A stretch of DNA of 62,108 nucleotides, the filler included. It is 14 parts of 14 records of this genome, joined end to end, with 100 filler letters (N's around TTAATTAATTAA, not from the genome) between each part and the next. Parts side by side here need not be neighbours in the genome. Positions count along the whole stretch, not along the records: positions 44,935 to 49,441 come from SRR7504441_53496; positions 49,542 to 52,783 come from SRR7504441_53818; positions 52,884 to 58,949 come from SRR7504441_53825; positions 59,050 to 62,108 come from SRR7504441_53852; 10 more parts are not named here. The stretch is one strand, 5' to 3'. The translations under genes were made by a program, and so were the position numbers. The notes below the pieces were generated by a model that saw nothing but the letters and a program-made list of their open reading frames with translations, was not told the DNA's origin and made no database searches. Positions 48,734 to 59,804 of the stretch are shown piece by piece. The first letter of the stretch is position 1, and each line of letters opens with the position of its first letter.

Positions 48734-48896
48734 TGCATGCATCCTAGGAGTTTACAACGAACTTTGTCGGCGTGACCGCAGATCCGCCTTAATTTAAATA
48801 CCAGTTTACTTCTAAAAACAAATCAGTTTCACACTGTCCCTCGGCGGTCCCTCGAGGCGTAGAGGCAGTAGAGTCTTGCACTTGGTTGTGAGCAAA

Positions 48897-49441
48897 TTAT
48901 TGTATCGTGCACACCTCCTCGTTCACGTCTTTCCTCCTCCACCGGTTGGCTGAGTCGGGAAAGCTTAGTCCACACCCGAGCTCCCAGTAATGCCCCCCCT
49001 TGAACCCTTCCAACTGATCCCGGATTGGCTCCAGTTCGAGTCCCATATGCCCGCACTGCGCCCCGGCCACCATGCACCCAAACACCAGCGCAGGGCCCAA
49101 CGGCTTGTTAAGCCGCATCATCCCAAATATGGCTGCAGCAATGAAGGAATCTCCGGCCCCGAGCGTGTCGACCAACTGAGCCGGCGGGCAGGCCGGAGCA
49201 TGAAGCAGCGTTCTGTCCTCGGCACGCATCGCGTACGCGCCTTTGTCGCCCCACGGGCAAATGAGCACCGCCCGTCGAGTGTTGACCAGTTCGAATTCGA
49301 ATTGATGGTCCAGGAAGGCCTTGGGCTCGCTAAAGCCCCTGCTGAGTGCAAACTCCTTCGAGTAAAAGCAGTAGTCCGCCAGCCGTGTCAGCTGCCCAGC
49401 TGTCACGCCGGCAGCCCCGGCAAGCTCACCCGCTCCGGAGC
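48897..49441 (-). CDS. KHK: Ketohexokinase-like PfkB kinase, 5'-partial
   Basis: Motifs SKEFA, LICPWGDKGA, VDTLGAGDSF, FGCMVAGAQCG. Confidence 0.8.
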
Positions 49442-50051
49442 NNNNNNNNNNNNNNNNNNNNNNNNNNNNNNNNNNNNNNNNNNNNTTAATTAATTAANNN
49501 NNNNNNNNNNNNNNNNNNNNNNNNNNNNNNNNNNNNNNNNNTCGAGTCAGAGCAAGATCACGAGCTCGAGTTGGTTGCCGATGAGCCGCCAGCCGAGCAG
49601 CATGATGCAGAGCCATCGGCCGACGACGCGGCTCCGGCCTCGAGCAATGGCAGTGCCCCGGCCCAGACTGGCTCTCCTGCCGATGCTGATGCTTCCAAGA
49701 AGAAGCCATGCATCATAGCCTAAGTACTTGAGCTTACAATGTGGGCAGAAATGAGCAAATCCCTGAAATCCCACGGGTTTGCACGGCCGTTTGCACAAGG
49801 CAGTATACAGTACGTATCGGTCACGAGTAGTTCACGAGTATCCGCAAGTAATCCGCGAGTTCTTTTTGTGCCACTGTGCTACCAATGTGCAGTATTAACG
49901 TGATTGTGTGTACACTATACTATGTACTATAATTATTCAAATGTAACAACAGTAAACATCTTAAGATGAAATGCCGTGTGTATTGGAAGGGAATTGCACA
50001 GTGATGTACTAACCGGTGATGCAAGATACAGAAGCGATTCCTTGTGTTTTT

Positions 50052-51030
50052 TCACCTGCGGCTGTACTTGCGCAGTCCACCGCTGCCGAATAGTGGCCGG
50101 TGGGCCTTGGGGTCGGCCGGGTTTAGGTGTGTGATGATGTCTCCATTGTTCCTGTAGTTGCTGTACGCTGCCCGGCCAGTCAGCGCTGCCATCAATCGTT
50201 GGATACCTGACGGGTTGGCCCGCAGTGTGCTCAGCTCAGGGTGCGAGTACCCGATCACCGGCCCTGCCGCTTGGCTCACCCGGCCCGGCCCGGGGGGCAC
50301 CATAGCCGTCCGGCCCGATCCTGCCCTTGCTCTCGAAGTCCAGTTCGGCCCCGCGGATCGGGCTGGTATGCCCGATGATGTCGCCAGAGCTGGTCGCTGC
50401 TAGCTGCACCTGCCGCTCCACCCGGCCCTCCTCCTCGTGCTCGAATAGGTGGTCGTCCCGGTGCGCTATTATGTCCCCGCTGGTCTGCTTGGCCCGCGAG
50501 GGCAGCGCGCGCAGCGTGGGGCCATCGTCCTTGCCGTCAGGCGAGCCGGACACTTGGCCGGCGGTGAGCGCCCGGAACATGGGCCGGTACATCACGTGGG
50601 TGCCGTTGGGGTCGGCCCCGAGCAGCATTATCTGGGAGCTGATCGCCTTTGGCAGGTGCGGGGCCAGGTTGTCCATCACCCGCCGGTACTGGCCGGTGGT
50701 CACGCTCCCCTTGCCATCCCCGTCAATGTGCTTGAACGCCCCGACCAGCAGCTCGATCGGGGTGTGATTGAGCAGCTCCTCCCGCAGCTGCGCCACGTCC
50801 AGCACCTGCCAGACCGCTCAGCCCCGCCCCGAGCCCGGGCTGGACCTCGCGCCCGCCCCGTATGAACGTTTGCTCTCCGAACGCCTGGCAGGTGACATCC
50901 ACGTAGCCCATCTGCCCCCAGCCCCGTCGGCAGGGCCCCAGGCCCTCTCCACCGACTGCTCCGGATCGGTGTCCAGCGCCCAGGGCGTCACCACCTCTGC
51001 CCGAGCGCGGCTGGCGTATGCAGCAGCCAT
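50052..51030 (-). CDS. EF-hand protein with repeated SGDII motifs, 3 introns
   Basis: EF-hand AFKHIDGDGKGSVT; (S/N)GDII occurs three times. Confidence 0.6.
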
Positions 51031-51091
51031 GATCAACGCTCAATCTGCGATAAATAAATAACGGCCGCCGCCTTGCAGCTGTCCATTCGCG

Positions 51092-52252
51092 ATGGCCGCA
51101 GCAGCAAGCCGTGGGCTCCCGAAGCTGCACCTGGGGACAATGACGTTCGGGTGGTCGCAGGCCTCGTCCCCGGTTGACGTGCCGGTGGCCGGTGCGATGC
51201 TCGCCCTCTTCCAGCAGCACGGCGGCCAGCTGGTGGACACGGCCCGGGTTTACTCGGGCGGGGCCTCCGAGCAGATCGTGGGGGCCATCCTGGAGGAGCA
51301 GCAGGCCAAGAAGCCAAAGCTCGAGGACGGGAGCTGCCCGCCGCCCCCGCTGGTGGCCACCAAAGTCAACCCGATGGCCCTGTCCAAGGAGGGCGGTGGG
51401 CTGTCCGCGCCCAACATCCGGCTGCAGCTGGAGGCCTCACTGGGCGCAATCGGGCTGCCTGCAGTGGAGACGCTCTACCTGCACCAGCCGGACGGGCAGA
51501 CCGCGCTGACCGAGACGCTTGCGTGCACGCACCAGCTGGTCCAAGAGGGCAAGGTGCGCCAGATCGGACTGAGCAACTACTCGGTGGCCGAGACCGAGCG
51601 GTGCATAGCGCTCTGCCAGGAGCACGGTGCGGCCCGGCCCGGGTGCGGGGCAGCGGCGGGCAGGCTGGACGGCGCCGGTGCTGTACCAGGGGCTGTACAA
51701 CGCGATCAACCGGCGGGTGGAGGCTGAGCTGATCCCGGTGACAGTGGGCCTGCAGCGGGTCGCCTGAGGTTGGGGCAGCTGCTCCACAAGCACTCGATCC
51801 GGTTCGTGGCGTACAACCCGCTGGCGGCCGGGATGCTCACAGGGAAGCACTCCAAGGCGGGGGAGGTCCCGAGCGGAAGGTTCAAGCAGAACCCTAACTA
51901 CTTGGATCGGTTCTACAAGGACGATTGCTTTGAGGCGGTCGAACAGATCAAGGCAGCCTGCGACCAGGCCGGGATCGGGATGGTCGAGGCCGCCTACCGC
52001 TGGCTCAACTGCCACTCGGCGCTCGAACCAGAGGACGGGCTGCTGCTCGGGGCCTCGACAGTAGAGCAGCTCGAGGCCAACCTTGTGGCCTGCCAGCACA
52101 CCCAGCCGCTCCCGCAGCCAGTGCTCGACGCGCTCGACGCGGCCTGGCAGACCACCCAACCGGACGCCTTCGCCTTCTGGCGGAGCTACTCGGCCGACCA
52201 GCCGGGGCGCGAGCAAATGGACCCAGGCGGCTCGTACGTGGTCAAGAAGTAG
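51092..52252 (+). CDS. Aldo-keto reductase, AKR7 (aflatoxin B1 aldehyde reductase) family, 2 introns
   Basis: Motifs LGTMTFG, DTARVY, ATKVNP, YLHQPD, IGLSNY, YQGLYNA, YNPLAAG, RWLNCHS. Confidence 0.92.
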
Positions 52253-52914
52253 CCGCATGCAAGACTAGGCCTCCTCAGACTGGCGCACAGCCATGTGATT
52301 AGTACTGACGTCACGGCAACCCTGGTACAACCCTGGTACGAGCAACTGTACGTACGTAACCGTGGTCACTGCATTCGGAGAGAACAATAACCTATGACTT
52401 TATAAATGTGACATAAAATAACTCGAATAGCAGTGAATAATCATCCGCAATCAATCATCCACAATATTAACTCAAATAGGAGTGTGAAACCACGTGCTCT
52501 CGATCGCCAACCGAAAATATTTTATTTGAGTTTGATGAAAGCGTTTGATGAAAGGCGAGGCTTTATACCACTAAAAACAGCTGTAAGTCGGGCGTGCCGA
52601 TCACTTCCAGCTCCATCTGCCGCCCGGCCGCGACTCGATAAACTTTTCAAACCTCAATCGTCGGACCCTGCCGGCCTCCTCTTCGGCTTCCTCTAGAGCC
52701 TCCCTCCAGCCCACAGCCCGCCGCCGCCACCGCCCGACTGCCGCCCGACCAGCCGCTCGCTCGGCCATTTCCCGCGCGCTGTGNNNNNNNNNNNNNNNNN
52801 NNNNNNNNNNNNNNNNNNNNNNNNNNNTTAATTAATTAANNNNNNNNNNNNNNNNNNNNNNNNNNNNNNNNNNNNNNNNNNNNGACGCAATCAGAGAGAC
52901 GCAGGTTACGACCA

Positions 52915-54159
52915 TTATTTTTCTTGACACGCATATTTGTTTGGTTTGATGTACCGCTTAGCAACAATCCGATGCTCCCGAGGCAGCCTCGTGTCCCTGA
53001 ATGGAACGACTCCACCCATCTCGGCAAGCCTCATGTAGTCAATCTTTGCCGAGCGCCCCCCCGACTCACTCAGCTCCCGGTACCACTGTTTCCGGAGCCG
53101 ACAAGTCTCAGTGTCCGGCAGATCGCCTCTGGCCTCAGGGCACAAGTCAAAAAGCCGTTGGAGCACGAGTGCAGCAGCCACTCCGAGATTGTAGCTTTCC
53201 GTGAACCCATGCATGGGTAGAAAGACCCGCCTATCCGCTGCTTGGAGCATCTCGTCTGACACACCAGCGCTCTCCTGCCCGACAACCACCGCGAGCCGCT
53301 GCGGCACAGCTAGTCTGTCTGCAGTTAAAGCAACCGCAGTTTGATCCAAATCTGTAGCCCACACAGTCCGCCCGTCCTGCCTCAACGCGGCGAGGCACTC
53401 TAACGTCGTACTGAATGTCCGGACATCCAGATGCGACTGATACAACTGAGCTCTCGAGAACCCCATCAGGTGGTCTGGCCGCCGGGCCCTATGCCGGGCT
53501 GAAGGCCGGCCTCCACGCATCACAGGAGCTTGGACCAGCCATACATGTTGCACTCCCATCGCCTCACAAGTGCGCATGATCGCCACGTGGTTGAAATCAT
53601 CGGTGCAGTTCTCAAGCACGAGCATGAAACGCTCGGTCCGGGCTCGGAGCACCGTCTCCGCCTTCCTCATTACCCTCAGCGGATCTTCTGCGCTGTCTGC
53701 ATCCAATGGATTAGCCTGCTCCAAGGCGCTCTCGATCTGCTCCTCACTGCACCCCGTCTCGGCTGCCATCTCCATTGAGTCGAGGAGCATCTTCTCTCCC
53801 GACTCCTCCGAGGCAGCCGCGGCCGCCTCCGAGGCCGCGACGGTGCCGGGAGCGAGACCCGGGTTCTGCGCATGGAACGCTGTCCACGCACTGTTCTGGA
53901 CGGTCGGTACGAAGCTCTCCACACATTGGGCGCATTTACGCCGATCTGGCCCGCGCCTGGCCTGCTTGGCGGCGTAAGCGGAGGCCGGGCGCATCCTGCG
54001 GCACATAGCGCACTGGAGCTGCGTCTCGGCCGTATTATTACAGGCCTCCGGCGCTGTCGGCGCTGGGTCTGGCGCTGGAGCGGAGCGCCAGCGGCTGGCT
54101 ACTGTGGCGGCGGCCACCCCGAGTCCGAAGCCACAGAGCAAGTCTCGCATCGCCACCAT
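52915..54159 (-). CDS. SpoU/TrmH-family tRNA 2'-O-methyltransferase with N-terminal Stc1-like zinc finger
   Basis: Motifs LVLENCTDDFNHVAIMRTCEAMG, VVGQESAGVS, LPMHGFTESYNLGVAAA, plus a CxxC...CxxC finger. Confidence 0.85.
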   Translation of the reverse strand: MVAMRDLLCGFGLGVAAATVASRWRSAPAPDPAPTAPEACNNTAETQLQCAMCRRMRPASAYAAKQARRGPDRRKCAQCVESFVPTVQNSAWTAFHAQNPGLAPGTVAASEAAAAASEESGEKMLLDSMEMAAETGCSEEQIESALEQANPLDADSAEDPLRVMRKAETVLRARTERFMLVLENCTDDFNHVAIMRTCEAMGVQHVWLVQAPVMRGGRPSARHRARRPDHLMGFSRAQLYQSHLDVRTFSTTLECLAALRQDGRTVWATDLDQTAVALTADRLAVPQRLAVVVGQESAGVSDEMLQAADRRVFLPMHGFTESYNLGVAAALVLQRLFDLCPEARGDLPDTETCRLRKQWYRELSESGGRSAKIDYMRLAEMGGVVPFRDTRLPREHRIVAKRYIKPNKYACQEK

Positions 54160-54317
54160 TTCAGAGTGCAGGGAGGAGGCACCGCGGCCGTGGCCGTCCG
54201 GAGATGAGTGGATCAAGCCGTTACAGACATGGGCAGCAGGGGCGCGGACAGGGACAGCTGGGCCTGTGTGGGGCTGGCCGGCTGGGCCGACGGCCCGCTG
54301 ACCTCCGCCGGGACCGC

Positions 54318-55008
54318 CATGGCCATCGCCCCGAGCGTCGGCGCCGATTGGGGACCTGGGGCGGCCAAGGTGCATATGCTGCCCGTCGGCCCGAGAGCCG
54401 AGAGTCTCCCGCCTCTCCAGAGCGCAATGGTTAGAGTGCGCCAGACGCTCGCAGCAGGCTCAGGCGCCGTGCAGCCGGTGCGGCCACCGGTTGGGCAGAG
54501 GCTGACGGCCGGCAGGTGTGCATCGACCCGTCGGACTTGGCCGAGGAGATTGCAACCCGCGAGTCGGCTTACTGTCGGGTGCGGGCGTCTGTCGCCGAGA
54601 GCCGGAGGCGGATGGACGATCGGTGCGGGGTGGCGATGCAGGCTATCCAGGAGAGGGCCGACGAGGACTTGAAAAAGATTGGAGAGAGCGCTGGGCAACT
54701 GCGTGAGATGGGAGAGCGCGATGCGCTGTTGAAGAGGATTCAGGAACGGCAGGCGGCCATGGAGGTTAGACTCGACAGGTGGGCGGTGGGCGGTGCTTGC
54801 CGGTGCTAATCGGCCGTTTGTCAGGCTCAAGCCGAATCGGCATAAGTTTCCGCGAGGCGCCCCAGGCCAACGAGATAGGTGCGGGTCCTGGTCAAGACGG
54901 AGTGAGGGTGTGGGCCAGGAGCCTCGGGCTGATCCATCTGACCAACTCTGGGACGATGCGCCGCGCCCGATGAGCTGTGCAGCCGTGGAGCAAAGGCCGT
55001 CTGACTGA
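54318..55008 (+). CDS. Hypothetical coiled-coil protein, multi-exon
   Basis: Coiled-coil-like exon 54516-54778 flanked by GT-AG introns; start codon uncertain. Confidence 0.4.
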
Positions 55009-55199
55009 GAGGCCCGGCTGAGGTGTCTGTTTACGCGTGTCTGTCACGCGGCGTGGATTGTACTCGTACTTCTGGGAGTCATACGGTGCATTACATGTAC
55101 ATAAGTACGTAAATCTAACGTAAATCACTAATGACGATTATATGTACGGTCGCGATTCTTTGTCTTCTTGTGCTTAGCTATCGCCTGGCCTGGCCCGGC

Positions 55200-58100
55200 C
55201 TAGCTTTCTAGTTGTTCGCAAAACGAATTAAATTCCCTGAGTGCGTGCGCTTGGTGCTCCTGAGACTTGCTGCTCCGCTCGCCCGCCGGCCGCGCCTCAA
55301 GCTCGTGCTTATACCAACAGTCCGTGCCATAATCGCACCGGTCAAGCGTCCCCACTAGGTCCGGCCGCTTGCTCCCAACCGAATACTTGTCGGATCCGTC
55401 GTGCCAGGGATCTGGCCTCGAGAGGGCGCGGCCTACAGCTCTCTTCAGATGCCGGGCAAGTATCCGGTGCCCAGCCGAGTTTGGGTGAAGCTTATCAGGC
55501 ATTAGCCTGCAACCCGCTCTCACTACAGTGGGGCTGCCCGCTCACAGACCGTGTGTCAACTGCCCGGCCCGAGCCGTCTAGAAACTCACTGAAGCAGTCT
55601 ACAAACAGCGTGCGCGGCCTGTCATTTTGTGATGGCTCAGCCGCACGGCGGCGGCACCGGCCGTCTAGGTGCTGCCGCAGCTGCCGATTAATATCGCTGA
55701 TCGTTTCGAGGATCCCGATAGGCCCCGGCCTGTGCGGCTCGCGCCGTGGCAGAATGCTCAGCAATAGCACGGTAGCCTCTGGCTTAAGGCGGTGTGCTTG
55801 GGAGACCAGAGAGAGCAAGCTGTCCACTATCCGCTGGACCGACCAGTCTGACCGGCCAAGGTTGTTAGTGCCTATCCCGACCACCACCACCTACAGCCCC
55901 GCCGTCAGCATCCGCCAGCGCCAGCGAATGCCTCTAGCAAAGGCCAGTGCCGTGGTTGGCTGAGCTGAGGATCCTGCAGCCGCCACAGTGCGTGCTGGAT
56001 CTGGTCGCCCGCAGCCGCGAAGCAGACCCCTTGGATCTCACGGGCCCGGTCCCGCTTGTTCAGCTTAAACTCGCGATCCCAGATCTATTCGAGCGCTCAA
56101 TTGCGACCTTACTGTACGGCACCTCCGGGACTCCTTCGTTTTTATATCTGTGCACTCCAAGCCTGATCCGACGCTCAGAATACGGACACTCGCTTACAGC
56201 ACCGCGTGCCGAGCCAGCATTCAAAGATGGAATCTCCTAAAAACAGCGTATTGGCTAACGGGCCCATCTCCCTGCCGCCCGATCGGCCCTCCACCAAGCG
56301 CAAGGCTCGCCTGGCTTCGGTGACAAACGCGCTATGCAGTCGTTGCCACTCAGGCTCTCGTCTCGGCTCCGCACGCACCGCCACCCGCCGCACGGCCGAT
56401 GGGAACGTCCTGGGCTGAAGCCGCACCGGGGCCTGCTCGGCAGCGAGCTCCGACCGCTGCTGAGACTCGCGCCAGCCACTTGGAGCCTCGTCGGGCCTGC
56501 AGACACGGCTGACGGGGTTACTCAGGCAGCTCGCTCACCCCTCGCCCGGCCGACTGTGCACTCCGCTGGGCGCCTCAGCGATCTGCCGTTCTATGCGCGC
56601 GGCGACCTGTCCTCCGGTCAGCCGCTTTCTGACTGACTTAACCAACCTTGAGTTGGTTCTGAGCGCAGAGCATATGAACCTCGCCGCGCTCGCTTACGGC
56701 CTCGGACCCGGCAAGCTGGGCTTCGATCTGCGCTTCCAGCCTGTTCCTGCTCTGCAGCAGGCACGATCCGCGCTCTGCAGGCTCGCCTGCGGCCTGTTTC
56801 AAACGATTCGAAAGCTCCGACAGAGGGAGGTCGTCGGGACTCTCAGGTGCGCTGTCGGAAGGTGCGGCCTGCGGCTGCTCGGCCGTGACGACTGCCGGCT
56901 CATCGTCTGACGAGATCTCAACTACCGCCTCAGGCTCCGGCTCGGGCTCCGGCTTCGGCTCGGGAGTGGGCTTTGGGGCTGCGGTGTTGAAATGCCGTTG
57001 AACCTGTAGCCGTGCTGGCTTGGGGATTGGGCGGAGCGCACACCTCTAGTTTGGACCGGAACTTCTTGCCTCCCGGAGCTGTGAAGTAATAATCCCACTT
57101 GGGTTTGCCACGGAGGAGCCTACTCTTGGCCTGACACACTGTCGGCGCTGCCACGGGAGGGCTGGATGGTAATGCCTGGCATTGCCACCCGACCAGCCGG
57201 GCATGCGGGCAGTGGACCGAGAGGTGATCTCTGAGTTTATCAAGCATCTCTTCCGCCACCTGCAACCGAACTCGTCCCGGGCCGGGCAGGCCGGGCCGAC
57301 CTTGGCTCTCTCAGCTGGGCATGGCGCGGCGGACTGGTCAGCTGGCTGTGCGGGCTGGTTGTTTAGCTCCAACGACAGGCCGTTAGCGGGCGCATCGGAT
57401 GGCTCTTTAGGCGTATCTGCTTCGAGCTTTGTCGGTTGGCTCAGTTGTGTCGGCTGTTTGGGCTGAGCTGCAGGCTTCTGAGGCTTGACAGTAGCTTTGC
57501 CCGTAGGCAGGTGTGCTGGCTGGCTGGACCCAACAGGGGCCGGCTGTGACAGCGCTTGCCCTGCAACAATACATTTAATCACGTCAGGCCTGCTCATAAA
57601 CACCCTGCCAACCCCGATCAGCCGCCTCCTGCACCCTAAACATCACCAAGACTCGCTCTCGCCGTTCTCGCCCGGGAAGTACACGTCATATTTGCCGTTG
57701 CTGGCAAGCTCCTCCACAGTGCCCGTCCACAGCCCATCATACCTGCCCCCTCGCATCAAGCCTCGCGCCCACAGATTGGGCACTCTCACCCATGAAATCT
57801 GCGCTGCACCTTGGCGCCCACGAGGCAATATCCTTCCGCAAACTCCGTCGGCAGGTCCGCGCAGCCCTCCTCAGCCCGCCGAACCCTCCGCGGCCCTGTG
57901 TGTCCGTTAAAATCAGTTAGGCCCCTGCTGGCTGACCTGCTGGTCCGAGTAAGTCAGCCTCGACCGGGTGAGCCCAGGCGCTCGACCTATCAAGGCTCAG
58001 GCACGGCCGAGCTGCGGCCGGACCGATCCATACCCACCACCCGGCCGCCGGCGGTGTGCACCAGCTGCGATGTGGCCAGCACCCGCCCCGTATCCCACAC

Positions 58101-58949
58101 CAGCGCCACGAACCATCTCTCTCCGTCCTGCCCACCCCACATCGTCACCAGGCTCCGGCAGCCCATACCGCCAAGCAGCTGGCCTCCCAGCGCTCCGTCC
58201 CGTCCCGCCGCTTATCCAGCTTGAGCTGCCGCCACTGCGGCCGCTCGTAACGATCTTTCTCTAAAACCACACTCCTCACAGGCGGGAGACCTCCCAGCAA
58301 AAACAAATAAACAGGCCCTCCCGGCTCCGGTATCTCGGATGGAACGTGCCATTTGACCCGGATGCCTTCGCCCGCCGAGCTGGCTTCCACCCAGAACACG
58401 AAGGGCCGTTGCAGGTCGTCGAGGTCAGCCAGCCGAGGCGGAGCGCTCGCAACTCTGGTGGCTGCCTGAACCACCCACACCGGCTCGGGAGAGCCATCGA
58501 GCTCCACTCGACAGATCAGCCCGCCGGCCGACGACAGCTTGGCCCCGCGCAGCACCCCCTTCCGCCACGCGCCCGCGAGCTCCACCTCGAGACCGGACCC
58601 TTCGCACATCCCCTCGGGCAGCCGCGGCGGCTCGGCCAGCCGCCGTACGTTCTCCAACGGAACCCACTCGGCCGGCCCACCGGCCAGGCCGGTAACGCTC
58701 ACCCGGTGCGACTCCATCTGGGCGACCACCCGGTCTACCCACTCGCCCGCCGCCACCCGGACCGCTACCACTGACTGAGGCCCGAACCCCGGCTCCGGGT
58801 CCTGCGGCCGGACGGAGGGCTTGGGCTGCTTGGGCTGCCTGGGATGCTCGGCTGGAGTCGGGGCCGGGCGTTTGGTCGGGACCGCCCCGGCCGGCTTGGT
58901 GCGCGCGGCGGCGGCGGCAGGGAGGCCGGGCTGGTTGTGCTGCGGGCAG
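55200..58949 (-). CDS. Agenet/Tudor + MBD + SGNH (PAF-AH-like) hydrolase fusion protein, 5'-partial, ~12 introns
   Basis: Tudor LVGAKVQRRFHG|YDGLWTGTV...KYDVYF; MBD GWQCQ|AKSR...KWDYYFTAPGGKKFRSKLE|VQRHF; SGNH FLGDSI, AGDQIQHALWRL, GIGTNN, PDKLHP. Introns 56607-56646 and 56497-56538 join the two halves in frame. Confidence 0.75.
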
Positions 58950-59049
58950 NNNNNNNNNNNNNNNNNNNNNNNNNNNNNNNNNNNNNNNNNNNNTTAATTA
59001 ATTAANNNNNNNNNNNNNNNNNNNNNNNNNNNNNNNNNNNNNNNNNNNN

Positions 59050-59579
59050 AAGTCGGGTTTGCAAACGCGTTCATGTACGCCTACTCAGTCCGGCCGCGGA
59101 CACATGCTGACCACAAGATGTCGGATGACGTCCCGGAGCCTGTGAAGAAGGCGCGGCTGCAAGAGGTGATTGCGACCTTCAGGAGGGTGGCGGCGGAGCG
59201 AAACCAAGCCGAGCTCGGAAGGCTGCAGCTGGTGCTGGTCAGCGGGAAGAGCAACAAGAGCGGCGGTGCCGGCCCGAGGTGGCTCACGGGGCTGACTGAT
59301 TCGAACAAGCGGTGCATGTTCTCGGACATCGCAGTCCCCGGGCCAGACGGCAGTCGCGAGCTGAGGGCTGGCGACTACGCAGTGGTGAGGGTGACAGACG
59401 CTGGCGTGACTAACCTGCATGCCGAAGCCCTGTACCGGACCAGTCTGGTCGAGTATGCGGAGCGATTTCACGGAGGAGCGAGCTGCTCGCCCGTGGATGC
59501 TGACACCGCAGCCGGGCTGTACCAGGCAGCAGCGGGAGCCAACGTAGAGCCACGGACTAGCTTTGCGATGGCCCAATAG
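59050..59579 (+). CDS. CDK5RAP1: CDK5RAP1/MiaB tRNA methylthiotransferase C-terminus (TRAM domain), 5'-partial
   Basis: FMYAYSVRPRTHA..DDVPEPVKKARLQE followed by the TRAM domain. Confidence 0.88.
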
Positions 59580-59804
59580 GTCTGGGTGCCCTATGCGCCG
59601 GACCGACAATTCCTTATACGATTCCTTAGGAATAATGCGCATACGTAGTTTGTTCTACTCATACGGTACGGGTACTCGTACAGTACATGAGAAATCTTGT
59701 ACGGTAATCTTGTCATCAGACCTGATTGCTTAAAACAAACAATCCATTGATCTTTAATACAATATGGTTGTACACGCTAGTGCACGCTATCAAGTCCCCC
59801 TATG

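Noticed and set aside
42630-49441. Apparent sugar-catabolism cluster (PfkB kinase, GH27, ketohexokinase)
   Set aside because: The PfkB gene is on a different contig. Only GH27 and KHK are adjacent, which is too little evidence for a cluster.
55200-56430. SGNH domain as the ORF1 esterase of an L2/CR1 retrotransposon
   Set aside because: No reverse transcriptase or endonuclease is nearby, the region has many introns, and its motifs resemble PAF-AH Ib-type cellular enzymes.
732-56646. In-frame TGA/TAA codons within genes suggesting stop-codon reassignment or selenocysteine
   Set aside because: Each one examined falls inside a 36-42-nt GT-AG or GC-AG intron whose removal restores the conserved protein, and genes end normally in TAA, TAG or TGA.
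3902-59049. Recurrent TTAATTAATTAA flanked by N runs, read as a repeat family, CRISPR-like array or piggyBac TTAA site
   Set aside because: It is an identical 100-nt artificial linker with stops in all six frames, used to concatenate contigs. Genes on either side are not physically linked.
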